Source: Synechocystis sp. PCC 6803 substr. PCC-P (GTDB lineage: Bacteria; Cyanobacteriota; Cyanobacteriia; Cyanobacteriales; Microcystaceae). From it: a stretch of 32,000 nucleotides of DNA. The stretch spans positions 3,060,001 to 3,092,000 of the forward strand of contig NC_017039.1 of assembly GCF_000284455.1 (NCBI RefSeq). The letters run 5' to 3'. The notes under the pieces were generated by a model. The model did no database searches. It was not told where the DNA came from and worked only from the letters and a program-made list of their open reading frames with translations. The position numbers were made by a program, and so were the translations under genes. Numbering within the stretch: position 1 is the stretch's first letter; each line of letters opens with the position of its first letter. Positions 8,109-16,665 of this stretch are shown piece by piece.

Positions 8109-9149
8109 TTAATGGCTAAAAATCGGATTGTTGGGCAATGCCTCAATGGTTTCCGTCAGCTCTGGATCACTTACTGCCGGAATAGCATTGGGCGTAACTG
8201 GGTTGGCTTCTAGGGCTGACCAAGGCTGATTGTTGAGGGTTAGTTGTAATAGATCCGGTCGGGCATAATGTCCCACCGAATCCATCATGCGTTTGCGTTT
8301 AGCGATGAGGGAAAAATCTAAATCGGCGATCGCCAACCCTTCTCCCTCAGCAATTGGCTCACAGAGATGCTTTCCTTCGGGGCTAATAATTGCCGTATAA
8401 CAACCACCACTCAAGGCTTGATGCATTTTTTCGTCGGTGGTAATTTGTAACTTTTGCTCCGCTGTCAACCAACCCGTTGCATTAATCACAAAACAGCCGG
8501 ATTCCAAAGCATGATGCCGCATGGTCACTTCCATTTGATCCGCGAAAATCTGACCCACCATCGATCCGGGGAATTGCCCACAGTGGATTTGTTCATGTTG
8601 CGCCATCAGCGCATAACGGGCTAAGGGATTGTAATGTTCCCAACAGGCCAAGGCTCCCAAGCGTCCAACCGTGGTATCTACCGTCCTCAGACCTGCACCA
8701 TCCCCTTGTCCCCAAACCATCCGTTCATGGTAGGTGGGCGTGATTTTGCGACGTTTTAGCACCAGCGCACCATCTGCATCAAAAATCAGTTGTGTGTTGT
8801 ACAGCGAGCCTTCTTCGCGCTCATTAACCCCTAACACCACGACCATTCCATGGGTTTTCGCGGCTTGGGCGATCGCCTGGGTGACTTTCCCCGGCACAGT
8901 AACGGCTTCTTGATAAAGCTTTAGGTGACTTTTCCCCATCAAAACCGGCGGTTCAACAAAGGAAAAATAAGGGTAATAAGGCACAAAAGTTTCAGGAAAA
9001 ACAATCAGTTCTACCCCTTTCTTTGCCGCATTGGCGATCGCATCGAGAACTTTCTCCATAGTCCCTTGTTGACTAAAAAGAACAGGACTAATCTGTGCCG
9101 CTGCTGCCCGAATATTTTTTGTATAATTCAGCATGATTTTTCCCAGCAC
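8109..9149 (-). CDS. Nitrilase (branch 1, Nit1C/Nit6803-type)
   Basis: 346 aa. Glu-Lys-Cys triad contexts [20 protein letters not shown]. The track start is GTG at 9149; an ATG at 9134 (MLNYTK) is an alternative. Confidence 0.9.
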   Translation of the reverse strand: MLGKIMLNYTKNIRAAAAQISPVLFSQQGTMEKVLDAIANAAKKGVELIVFPETFVPYYPYFSFVEPPVLMGKSHLKLYQEAVTVPGKVTQAIAQAAKTHGMVVVLGVNEREEGSLYNTQLIFDADGALVLKRRKITPTYHERMVWGQGDGAGLRTVDTTVGRLGALACWEHYNPLARYALMAQHEQIHCGQFPGSMVGQIFADQMEVTMRHHALESGCFVINATGWLTAEQKLQITTDEKMHQALSGGCYTAIISPEGKHLCEPIAEGEGLAIADLDFSLIAKRKRMMDSVGHYARPDLLQLTLNNQPWSALEANPVTPNAIPAVSDPELTETIEALPNNPIFSH

Positions 9150-9178
9150 AACGACTGGAATAGTTTCAGAAATAAAAA

Positions 9179-9243
9179 ATGATTTGAAAACAAGTGATTG
9201 ATATATTAGACTTCAAAAATCAAAAACAAAATTTTCAAATCAT
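9179..9243. repeat. 12-bp perfect inverted repeat ATGATTTGAAAA / TTTTCAAATCAT separated by 41 nt
   Basis: Read directly at 9179-9190 and 9232-9243. It lies in the 137-nt spacer between the Sll0783-like gene and the nitrilase gene. Function unknown. Confidence 0.6.
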
Positions 9244-9286
9244 CCCTCCTATCAATAATTCACCAAATATTTAATCAAGCACATTT

Positions 9287-9769
9287 TTACATTGTCCAAG
9301 TATCAAGAATAAACGCACCATCCCTACGGTGCATCAAGATTAAATCCATCACATCTAGGGGATTAATCGGACGAATACCGGGGATTAGAGAAGGCTCGCC
9401 ATGACCATAAAGTGCTTGCAGTGCAAAGCGACAAGCATAAACCTTACCCCCTGCTTCCATGATTTTTACAATACGCTCATTCATGGTCAGGTGACCCGGA
9501 AAACCTTCATCCCCAAGCTTAGGAAAACCCCTTTGTACACCGAGAGTAACACCGGGACCATAGAGCAAAACAGATGTTTCAAAGCCTTTTTTAATTAAGC
9601 GGCTAGCTTGCATTAAATTTACTAAGCCAATGGAGCCTTCAAACGCCACTGTATGAAAAGTAATCAGCGCTTTTTCACCGGGTTCAGCTTGGACATCAGG
9701 AAAAACTTTTTCCTCGTAATCTACTAAGAAATCACCTGTTTGGTGAGCTGGCTTAGTTACCTCTGGCAT
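9287..9769 (-). CDS. Sll0783/MSMEG_0572-family nitrogen-starvation response protein
   Basis: 160 aa. First gene of the minus-strand Nit1C operon, preceded by an NtcA-type promoter. Family assignment comes from remembered cluster architecture. I see no obvious catalytic motif. Confidence 0.7.
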   Translation of the reverse strand: MPEVTKPAHQTGDFLVDYEEKVFPDVQAEPGEKALITFHTVAFEGSIGLVNLMQASRLIKKGFETSVLLYGPGVTLGVQRGFPKLGDEGFPGHLTMNERIVKIMEAGGKVYACRFALQALYGHGEPSLIPGIRPINPLDVMDLILMHRRDGAFILDTWTM

Positions 9770-9823
9770 GGTTGTAGTTCCTTAAATTCAAATTCTGATT
9801 TGACTTGAGATTAGTCATGTATC

Positions 9824-9865
9824 AATGTAGAAGCGAAGTTTCCTTATTCTTGTATCATTTGTCAC
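9824..9865 (-). promoter_or_regulatory. NtcA-type activated promoter for the Sll0783-like operon
   Basis: The minus strand reads GTGACAAATGATAC (9865-9852), then exactly 22 nt, then TACATT (9829-9824). This fits GTN10AC and the -10 form TAN3T with class II spacing. It predicts a TSS near 9817. Confidence 0.6.
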
Positions 9866-10148
9866 AAAAAAATAGTTTTAATTGAAAGTCATAGGTTTAA
9901 CCATTCTTAATTTCTTGTATGAAGATTATCTTTTCTTAATAATCTTAGCCAGAAAAATGCTTCTTATCTAGATACAGTAAGAGTTTCAAGGCTTGGAATT
10001 TTCCTGGAAATGGATTTCTGTTCAGTATGTCCGCTTAAGATTTAAATGATTAGACACCTATCTAAATCAACAGGTCTGTCTATGTAAAGCTTATAAATAC
10101 AAGACTATTGCGATGTTTCCTATTAATAGAATCAGAGATCATCAATTT

Positions 10149-10190
10149 GTAGCGAAACATACAAGTGTTAGAAATTTCGAGGCTTACAGT
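10149..10190 (+). promoter_or_regulatory. NtcA-type activated promoter for the flavin oxidoreductase gene
   Basis: Perfect consensus GTAGCGAAACATAC (GTA-N8-TAC, 10149-10162), then exactly 22 nt, then TACAGT (10185-10190). It predicts a TSS near 10197, 37 nt before the ATG. Confidence 0.65.
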
Positions 10191-10233
10191 TGATGATTAT
10201 CAGGAAAGATAGAGTTCAATACAGGTAGATAAT

Positions 10234-11484
10234 ATGAAAAAAAGCCACTATTCCGTCATTATTGTCGGTGGAGGACAGGCGGGCTTAGCGATTAGTTATC
10301 TCCTAAAACAAGAAAGCATTGACCATGTTATTTTCGAGAAAAATCAAATTGGTCATGCTTGGCGTAATCAACGTTGGGATTCTTTTTGTTTGGTTACGCC
10401 TAATTGGCAATGTCGGTTACCCGGCTTTCCCTATGCGGGGGGTGATGATCAGGGTTTTATGCTGAAGGACGAAATTGTCCAATATCTTGAGGATTATGCG
10501 GCATCTTTCCAAGCTCCTATCCTTGAGGGGGTAGAGGTTTCTAAGCTGAGTCAACGGACTGATGCTTTTGAGGTGATTACCAGCCAAGGAATCTACACCG
10601 CTGATCAAGTGGTGGTTGCTACTGGGGGCTACCATACGCCAAAAATTGCGGCGATCGCCAAAAAACTACCTCCCCATATTGTCCAGTTACATTCGGTGGA
10701 CTACAAAAATCCGGAAACCTTACCAGATAGAATTTTATTAGTTGGCACAGGTCAATCGGGCTGTCAAATTGCTGAAGACCTACATCTAGCAGGTAAAACC
10801 GTCCACCTTGCCACAGGCAGCGCACCCCGTTCACCCCGCCGCTACCGAGGGAGAGATGTGGTCGAGTGGTTAGAGTTGATGGGTCATTATGATCTGCCCA
10901 TTGATGAGCATCCCCAAAAGGAAATGGTACGCCACAAAACAAACCACTATTTAACCGGTCGTGATGGTGGCAGAGAAATTGATCTGCGTCAATTCGCCCT
11001 TGAGGGCATGCATCTCTACGGACGGCTCAAGGATATTGATGGAAATCAAATTCTATTTGCCGATAATCTCAAGGAAAATCTCGATCAAGCAGACGCAACG
11101 GCCGCCAGAATTAAACAAAGCATTGATGAATATATTGCCAAAAACCAGCTTGATGCGCCCATCGAAGCACCCTATCAGCCCGTTTGGGAACCAACTTCCA
11201 TACCCCTTACCCTAAATATTGATGAAATTGATGCGGTTATTTGGTCCACTGGTTTTAATTTTAATTATGCTTGGGTCGATGTTCCTGTATTTAATTCGAT
11301 GGGGGAACCTCTACATAATCGGGGTGTAACTAATGTGGCGGGGCTATATTTCTTGGGTTTACCCTGGTTATATACTTGGGGTTCTGGGCGATTTTCAGGG
11401 GTTGCCCGTGATGCGGAATATTTAGCGGAAAAAATTAGAGAAACACTGCCCGCTAATCAAATAAATCCTTGTACGGTGGCTTGA
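10234..11484 (+). CDS. Flavin-dependent oxidoreductase/monooxygenase, MSMEG_0569-type (Nit1C Fmo)
   Basis: 416 aa. Two dinucleotide-binding motifs: VGGGQAGLA (FAD) and VGTGQSGCQIA (NAD(P)H). Divergent from the Nit1C operon. Confidence 0.85.
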   Translation: MKKSHYSVIIVGGGQAGLAISYLLKQESIDHVIFEKNQIGHAWRNQRWDSFCLVTPNWQCRLPGFPYAGGDDQGFMLKDEIVQYLEDYAASFQAPILEGVEVSKLSQRTDAFEVITSQGIYTADQVVVATGGYHTPKIAAIAKKLPPHIVQLHSVDYKNPETLPDRILLVGTGQSGCQIAEDLHLAGKTVHLATGSAPRSPRRYRGRDVVEWLELMGHYDLPIDEHPQKEMVRHKTNHYLTGRDGGREIDLRQFALEGMHLYGRLKDIDGNQILFADNLKENLDQADATAARIKQSIDEYIAKNQLDAPIEAPYQPVWEPTSIPLTLNIDEIDAVIWSTGFNFNYAWVDVPVFNSMGEPLHNRGVTNVAGLYFLGLPWLYTWGSGRFSGVARDAEYLAEKIRETLPANQINPCTVA

Positions 11485-12566
11485 TAAATGGCTTGGTAGC
11501 GATTTTTGGCGTTGAGTTTATGGAGGGTGCCATTAACATGAAACTTAACGGTACTTTCGCTGATGTGAAGCTCCTCGGCGATATCGCGATCGCGTAAACC
11601 TTGGGCTAATAGGCTGACGATTTCCTTTTCCCGCTCCGAGAGGAGATGTTTGTTGAGCTTGATGTTTTGAAACCCGTCATAGGGGAGTTGCAGCGAAATT
11701 TGCAGGATTGATTGATTTACACTGCTTTGACTCCTAAATTCACCGCCAACATGGTGGGCTAAAAATTCTATTTCTTTAAAAGGCGATCGCCCATCTGTGT
11801 TGAAGGCTTCTGACACGGATGCTTCGACAATGGCTTCGATGGTGACCGAAATCTCCCCATAGATGAGACGGCAATAATTACAGGAGAGTCGATTAAAAAT
11901 TTCTGTGGTTCTGATCAATAGATATGCAAGGGTGGGAGAGAGCTTTTTTTCTGTGCCGATTAGGGTCAGCTTTGTCTGAGATAACAGCCTTGCCAAAACG
12001 TCCGGTAAAGGGATTTGATCGTCTAAAAATTGGGTTGTATTAATCGTATTTGTTTCGCTCTGGAGTTGTCGGACGGCATCAATGGCGATCGCCACTGCCA
12101 TACAGAGAACTTGTAAAACTTCCAGAAATTCTGCGACAAAGGGAGCCTCGCTAAAGACAGCCAAGACACCAATCACACGGTCATGGCCTACCAATGGATA
12201 ACCGGCGAAACCGCGAATATTATTGGCGATCGCCCAGTCACGATCCTTTACCCAGGTTTCATTGGCGAGATGATTGCTTAAAAAAGGAATACAGCTTTGG
12301 GCAATTTTACCGACCTTATAAGCCCCCATCGGCACACGGGCAAAACTACCATTCGTACTGGTATGTAAGCCTGACGAAGCAACCAGTTTTAAACTCGCAC
12401 CATCAGGCTCTGTTAACCAAATACGTGCAAACACGCAATGAAAATCATGGATTAATGCTTCGGTGATTTCTTTGGTAATCGCCGTTGTGTCAAGGCAACC
12501 AGAAATGCGCTTGCTAGTCGTATTTACTTTTTGGAGATCAAAAATTAGCTGGGCAGAATCTAACAC
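11457..12566 (-). CDS. GAF-domain LuxR-family transcriptional regulator
   Basis: 369 aa. N-terminal GAF-like domain (IRGFAGYPLVGHDRVIGVLAVF). C-terminal LuxR HTH (LSEREKEIVSLLAQGLRDRDIAEELHISESTVKFHV). GTG start, so the N-terminus is uncertain. Confidence 0.8.
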   Translation of the reverse strand: MLDSAQLIFDLQKVNTTSKRISGCLDTTAITKEITEALIHDFHCVFARIWLTEPDGASLKLVASSGLHTSTNGSFARVPMGAYKVGKIAQSCIPFLSNHLANETWVKDRDWAIANNIRGFAGYPLVGHDRVIGVLAVFSEAPFVAEFLEVLQVLCMAVAIAIDAVRQLQSETNTINTTQFLDDQIPLPDVLARLLSQTKLTLIGTEKKLSPTLAYLLIRTTEIFNRLSCNYCRLIYGEISVTIEAIVEASVSEAFNTDGRSPFKEIEFLAHHVGGEFRSQSSVNQSILQISLQLPYDGFQNIKLNKHLLSEREKEIVSLLAQGLRDRDIAEELHISESTVKFHVNGTLHKLNAKNRYQAIYQATVQGFI

Positions 12567-12803
12567 GAGCGGCTCAGAACACTATCAAATCCACGCTATC
12601 AAAGGAAGCTATCTTGAAAAGTGCTGCAAGCAACATTATGGACACCGAACCATAGGATAAATTTTCGCCATGATCCCCGGGTTTATTGATAGTTCAAAAC
12701 TGCTGCGACTCAAAATCTGAAGTCATTATATGGACAAGGCGCAGAAATTTTATCCCTATCTCAACGATCATGGCCTTAAAACGTGTTTGGAAAGTTTTAT
12801 TCC

Positions 12804-12888
12804 GCCCCCTAAATCGACCCACTAAAGCTCCGGCAATACTGGGGGACTTTCACTCAGTTTCCCCCCAAATTTGGGGGGCCAGGGGGGC
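12804..12888. repeat. G/C-run palindromic element including the perfect palindrome CCCCCCAAATTTGGGGGG
   Basis: C5 at 12805-12809, G5 at 12841-12845, C6 at 12861-12866, G6 at 12873-12878, G6 at 12882-12887. The 18-bp perfect palindrome spans 12861-12878. GCCCCCT (12804-12810) is near-complementary to AGGGGGGC (12881-12888). Confidence 0.6.
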
Positions 12889-12937
12889 TTTTCAAACAGG
12901 CTCTTAGATTACATAAACTACATTTTGGGCTGTGGCA

Positions 12938-13405
12938 TTATTCTGGAGTATTGATCAAACCAGGGTGATCTAATGGGCGATCGCCGGGGGCATCCCAGAA
13001 GAAACGACGCTCGGATTCAGCAATGGGTTTGTCGTTAATACTCGCTTCCCGACGACGCATTAAACCCGCTTCATCAAATTCCCAATTTTCATTGCCATAG
13101 GCTCGATACCATTGACCCGCATCATCCTGCCATTCGTACTGAAATCGTACTGCAATTCGATTTTCGCCAAACGCCCACAGCTCTTTCACCAGACGATAAT
13201 TTAGCTCTTTATCCCACTTGCGACGCAAAAACTCACGGATTTTTTCCCGACCTTGGAATACTTCCGCCCGATTACGCCAAAAACTATCCTCGGTATAAGC
13301 CATACAGACTTTATCTGGGTTGCGACCATTCCATGCATTTTCTGCCATCCGTACTTTGGCGATCGCAATTTCCTTAGTGAAGGGAGGAACTAAAGGTGTT
13401 GTCAT
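12938..13405 (-). CDS. DUF1348 / NTF2(SnoaL)-like fold protein
   Basis: 155 aa. Contains [13 protein letters not shown]...FWRNR...[16 protein letters not shown]...[12 protein letters not shown], characteristic of the DUF1348 family as I recall it. Confidence 0.7.
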   Translation of the reverse strand: MTTPLVPPFTKEIAIAKVRMAENAWNGRNPDKVCMAYTEDSFWRNRAEVFQGREKIREFLRRKWDKELNYRLVKELWAFGENRIAVRFQYEWQDDAGQWYRAYGNENWEFDEAGLMRRREASINDKPIAESERRFFWDAPGDRPLDHPGLINTPE

Positions 13406-13676
13406 GATTAAAATTTCCCAATAATTTTAGAAGAGACGGCGGCTTACGAATTTGTTTACTCTCATTGTTGATGCAGGCAAAACCTACGAATTCATCTATG
13501 GTTGTTGACCCAATAGTGACAGAAGAAGTGTCCGAAAGACCACTAATGGCTAGAACTCCGCATTTGGTGGCCGCCTCATATAAACCAAGGGCTAATTCTT
13601 TGAGTAGTTCCCTTTCAATGCGTTGTTCAGAAAGTCGAATAGATTGAAGAATCGAGTCGGGAATTGAAATTTGCAT
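13374..13676 (-). CDS. UPF0175-like (antitoxin-type) small protein with divergent C-terminal half; possibly degenerate
   Basis: The N-terminus [34 protein letters not shown] matches the usual cyanobacterial UPF0175 opening. The remainder is atypical. It overlaps the DUF1348 start by 32 nt. No cognate toxin gene is adjacent. Confidence 0.35.
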   Translation of the reverse strand: MQISIPDSILQSIRLSEQRIERELLKELALGLYEAATKCGVLAISGLSDTSSVTIGSTTIDEFVGFACINNESKQIRKPPSLLKLLGNFNHDNTFSSSLH

Positions 13677-13723
13677 TATGGTCGTATGTAAATTTCGTTA
13701 AAATGTATTGAGGTACGGCCAGA

Positions 13724-16378
13724 TTATAATTCGTCAACTTTAGTTGGGGAAGTTGACGTATCTTCGAGGACAAAATAGCCATTCCGACCCCGTTTCTTGG
13801 CCTGATAGAGCGCATCATCGGCACATTTTACCCAAGAGGCCAAGGACAATCCAGGCCGGGGTACAGCACAATGAATCCCAATACTGACAGTGACATAATT
13901 AGCAATCTCAGAGGTGGGATGGGAGATCGCTTTAGCATCCATCAAAGTTTTAATCCTTTGGGCAACGATAACCGCGCCGGATAAATCGGTTCTGGGTAAA
14001 ATTAAGGCAAATTCTTCTCCCCCATAGCGGGCTACTAGGTCTGAAGTGCGATGGACAGATTCTTGCAAAATGGCGGCGACAATGCGTAAACAGTGGTCTC
14101 CGGCTTGATGGCCGAGGGTATCGTTGTAGAGTTTGAAATAGTCAATGTCCAACATCACCAAGGTTAAGGACTCAGTTTCGCGAAAAGCAATTTGCCATTC
14201 CCGTTCCAAGGCCTGGTCAAAGAACCGACGATTATAAACTCCGGTGAGGCCATCAATTTGAGTCAATCGTTCCAGTTCAATGTTGACTTCTTGGAGTTTT
14301 TCTTGGGCTTGTTTGAGCGGGTCAATGTTTTGAATTTGGCAGACATAATAGAGCGGTTGTTGTTGAGCATCTCGGACCAAACTGACATTCAACAGACCCC
14401 AAATCCAACGCCCATCCCGGTGTTGATAGCGGCGTTCTTGGGTATAGGCCATAATTTCGCGGTTGAGCAGTTGTTGAGTTAGGTCTCCTTGGAATGGCAC
14501 CCAATTGGGATCTGTTACTTCTGCCACATCATGGTCTTGCAGTTCATCGGAAGTATAGCCCAACAGCTCACAAAAGGCGGGATTGACCTCAAGAAATTTA
14601 CCATCTAAGGAAATCAGTGCACTACTCACGGCCGTAGTTTGGAAGGTTTGCCGGAAGCGTTCTTCACTTTCTGCTAAGGCCTCTTGTATGCGGAATTTGT
14701 CGGTAATGTCCCGTCCTTCACAGAGGAGAAAAATTATCCGCTGGTCGGTGTCGTAGATGGGCCGAATCGAAAAATCCAAAATAACTTTTTGCCCATTATT
14801 GCCCAAATTTTCTACGTCATAGCGAATCAGAATCCCTTGAGCGGCCTGGTGTATCGCGGATTTGAGGTCAGCTTTGAGCTGTTCGGATGCCTGCCACCAG
14901 GGAGTTTCCCAAAAATCTTGGTCGACAATCTCATCCACCGTAATGCCAGCAAAATCCAGGGCCCGTTGATTCACTTTGACGACTTTCCCGGTGGGGGTTA
15001 ACAGAGCGGTAAATTGGGAGGCTTGATCAAATAGGGCTTGCATCATCGCTTCCCGTTCAGCCAAAGCCAGTTGCACTTCTTTGAGCGGGGTAATGTTGAT
15101 ATTTAAGCCACTCATTCTGACCGGTTGGCCGGCTTCGTTATACTCTACGTGGCCGGTACCTAAAATCCAAATACAATTCCCGTCGGCCTGGACTAGGCGA
15201 AATTCCCCTTGATAGGGTTCTCCGGTGGCAATAGCTAAGTTAACCCCCGCCTGGACGTGCTCCCGATCGTCGGGATGGACTAATTTGTAGAAAGTGTCTT
15301 GGTTTTTCTCGTAGCTGTCGGGGGTATAGCCCAAAAGATGATCGGACTGCTCGGACCAATCGGCTTGATCGGTGATTAAATCCCTTTCCCACCAGTTGGT
15401 GGAGGTGGATTCCAGGGTCATTCGCAACCGTTGTCCACTTTTTTGGAGAGCCTCTTCAATTTGTTTACGCTCAGTAATGTCAATCATAATCCCGCTGAGT
15501 TGAATGGGCCGACCGGTTTCATCCCGCTCCAGGGCCGCCAAATCCGCAATCCAGACCATTTGGCCATTGGGGGGAATCATCCGAAATTCAACCCTATAGG
15601 GCGCGTCGTGATTTAGGGTAGCTTCCACTGCGGTTTGCACCTTGGCCCGGTCTTCCGGGTAAATCAGCGCAATGGCATCGGCCCAGGTTGTGGGTAGTTC
15701 ATCCCCGTGGCGGCCGAGCAAATCATGGAATGAGGGAGCTGAGTACATCTGGTCGTTGACGATATCCCATTTCCACCAATTGGCGGTTTCGGCAGAGAGG
15801 GCCAGGCGGAGAGTGGCTTCATTTTCTTTCAGGGCGGCTTCGGCAAGTTTTTGCTCGGTAATGTCGAGGTTAATGCCGCTCATCCGCAGGGCTTGGCCAT
15901 TGGCATCCCGTTGCACCATACCTCTGGCCATAATCCAACGAATCGTCCCATCGGGGTGGACAAAGCGAAATTCGGTTTTATAGGGAATCCCATTTTCTAA
16001 GGAATCGTATAACTTTGCCCGGGTGGGTTCTACGTCGTCGGGATGGAGAAAACTTAAGAAGGAAGCAATATTTTTGGGGTAGGAGTTGGGGGCGCGGCCC
16101 ACCATGGCATCAAAGGTGTCTGACCAATCCACCTCATTGGTTTTGATATCCCAATCCCACCAACTTGTATCGGTTGATTCGAGGGCGAAGCGGAATCGTT
16201 CTTCACTTTTTTGCAGGGCCTGGGTTTGCTGTTGAAGGCGACGGAGAGGGCGGTTAATGGACTGGATTACGGCCAAACTTAGGATCACTAACAGGCTTAA
16301 TCCCAAGGCGGCGATCGCCAGCGTGGAGACTAAACTTTCATTGGCAACATTAATGAAACTTTGTGCGGAAATTGCCAT
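13724..16378 (-). CDS. Membrane-anchored multi-PAS diguanylate cyclase (GGDEF)
   Basis: 884 aa. One N-terminal TM segment. Five PAS/PAC modules; the first three are paralogous (WWDWD / WWKWD / WWERD). GGDEF domain with RYGGEEF and an RxxD I-site (RTSD) five residues upstream. No EAL domain. Confidence 0.85.
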   Translation of the reverse strand: MAISAQSFINVANESLVSTLAIAALGLSLLVILSLAVIQSINRPLRRLQQQTQALQKSEERFRFALESTDTSWWDWDIKTNEVDWSDTFDAMVGRAPNSYPKNIASFLSFLHPDDVEPTRAKLYDSLENGIPYKTEFRFVHPDGTIRWIMARGMVQRDANGQALRMSGINLDITEQKLAEAALKENEATLRLALSAETANWWKWDIVNDQMYSAPSFHDLLGRHGDELPTTWADAIALIYPEDRAKVQTAVEATLNHDAPYRVEFRMIPPNGQMVWIADLAALERDETGRPIQLSGIMIDITERKQIEEALQKSGQRLRMTLESTSTNWWERDLITDQADWSEQSDHLLGYTPDSYEKNQDTFYKLVHPDDREHVQAGVNLAIATGEPYQGEFRLVQADGNCIWILGTGHVEYNEAGQPVRMSGLNINITPLKEVQLALAEREAMMQALFDQASQFTALLTPTGKVVKVNQRALDFAGITVDEIVDQDFWETPWWQASEQLKADLKSAIHQAAQGILIRYDVENLGNNGQKVILDFSIRPIYDTDQRIIFLLCEGRDITDKFRIQEALAESEERFRQTFQTTAVSSALISLDGKFLEVNPAFCELLGYTSDELQDHDVAEVTDPNWVPFQGDLTQQLLNREIMAYTQERRYQHRDGRWIWGLLNVSLVRDAQQQPLYYVCQIQNIDPLKQAQEKLQEVNIELERLTQIDGLTGVYNRRFFDQALEREWQIAFRETESLTLVMLDIDYFKLYNDTLGHQAGDHCLRIVAAILQESVHRTSDLVARYGGEEFALILPRTDLSGAVIVAQRIKTLMDAKAISHPTSEIANYVTVSIGIHCAVPRPGLSLASWVKCADDALYQAKKRGRNGYFVLEDTSTSPTKVDEL

Positions 16379-16665
16379 AACTAGCAGTCAGTCCAGCGAT
16401 TGATTCAGGCTTTGAAAATTGAGGTTAGTGACAAGGGTGGTTTCAAGATTTCGAGTTTTGGGAGTAATAATTGGGGCATAGGTACGGACCACCAAGCAAA
16501 TAGTGCAATAGTTTGCGTGTAAAATACTATCTGTAAAGCTGAATTTGTAATACCTCCCTGATTCTAGCAAGCTGGACTGGTTCTTGCGCTTTGTAAAAAG
16601 ATGGGGCAGTGGTTAGTGGTTCGTGACATTTTTTAACCAGCCTTTGTTAATTGTTTTCAGTATTC

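Noticed and set aside
6013-9598. Assorted 60-85 aa ORFs in alternative frames within the Nit1C genes (6013-6231, 6542-6733, 6817-7029, 7767-7979, 8925-9182, 9401-9598)
   Set aside because: All are nested in, or antisense to, genes with clear family motifs. None has an independent signal.
12686-12907. 73-aa plus-strand ORF in the DUF1348 / GAF-LuxR spacer
   Set aside because: Its C-terminal third is the translation of the G/C-run palindromic element (PAILGDF..SPQIWGARGA). It has no ribosome-binding site and runs opposite to both neighbours, so I treat it as a repeat artefact.
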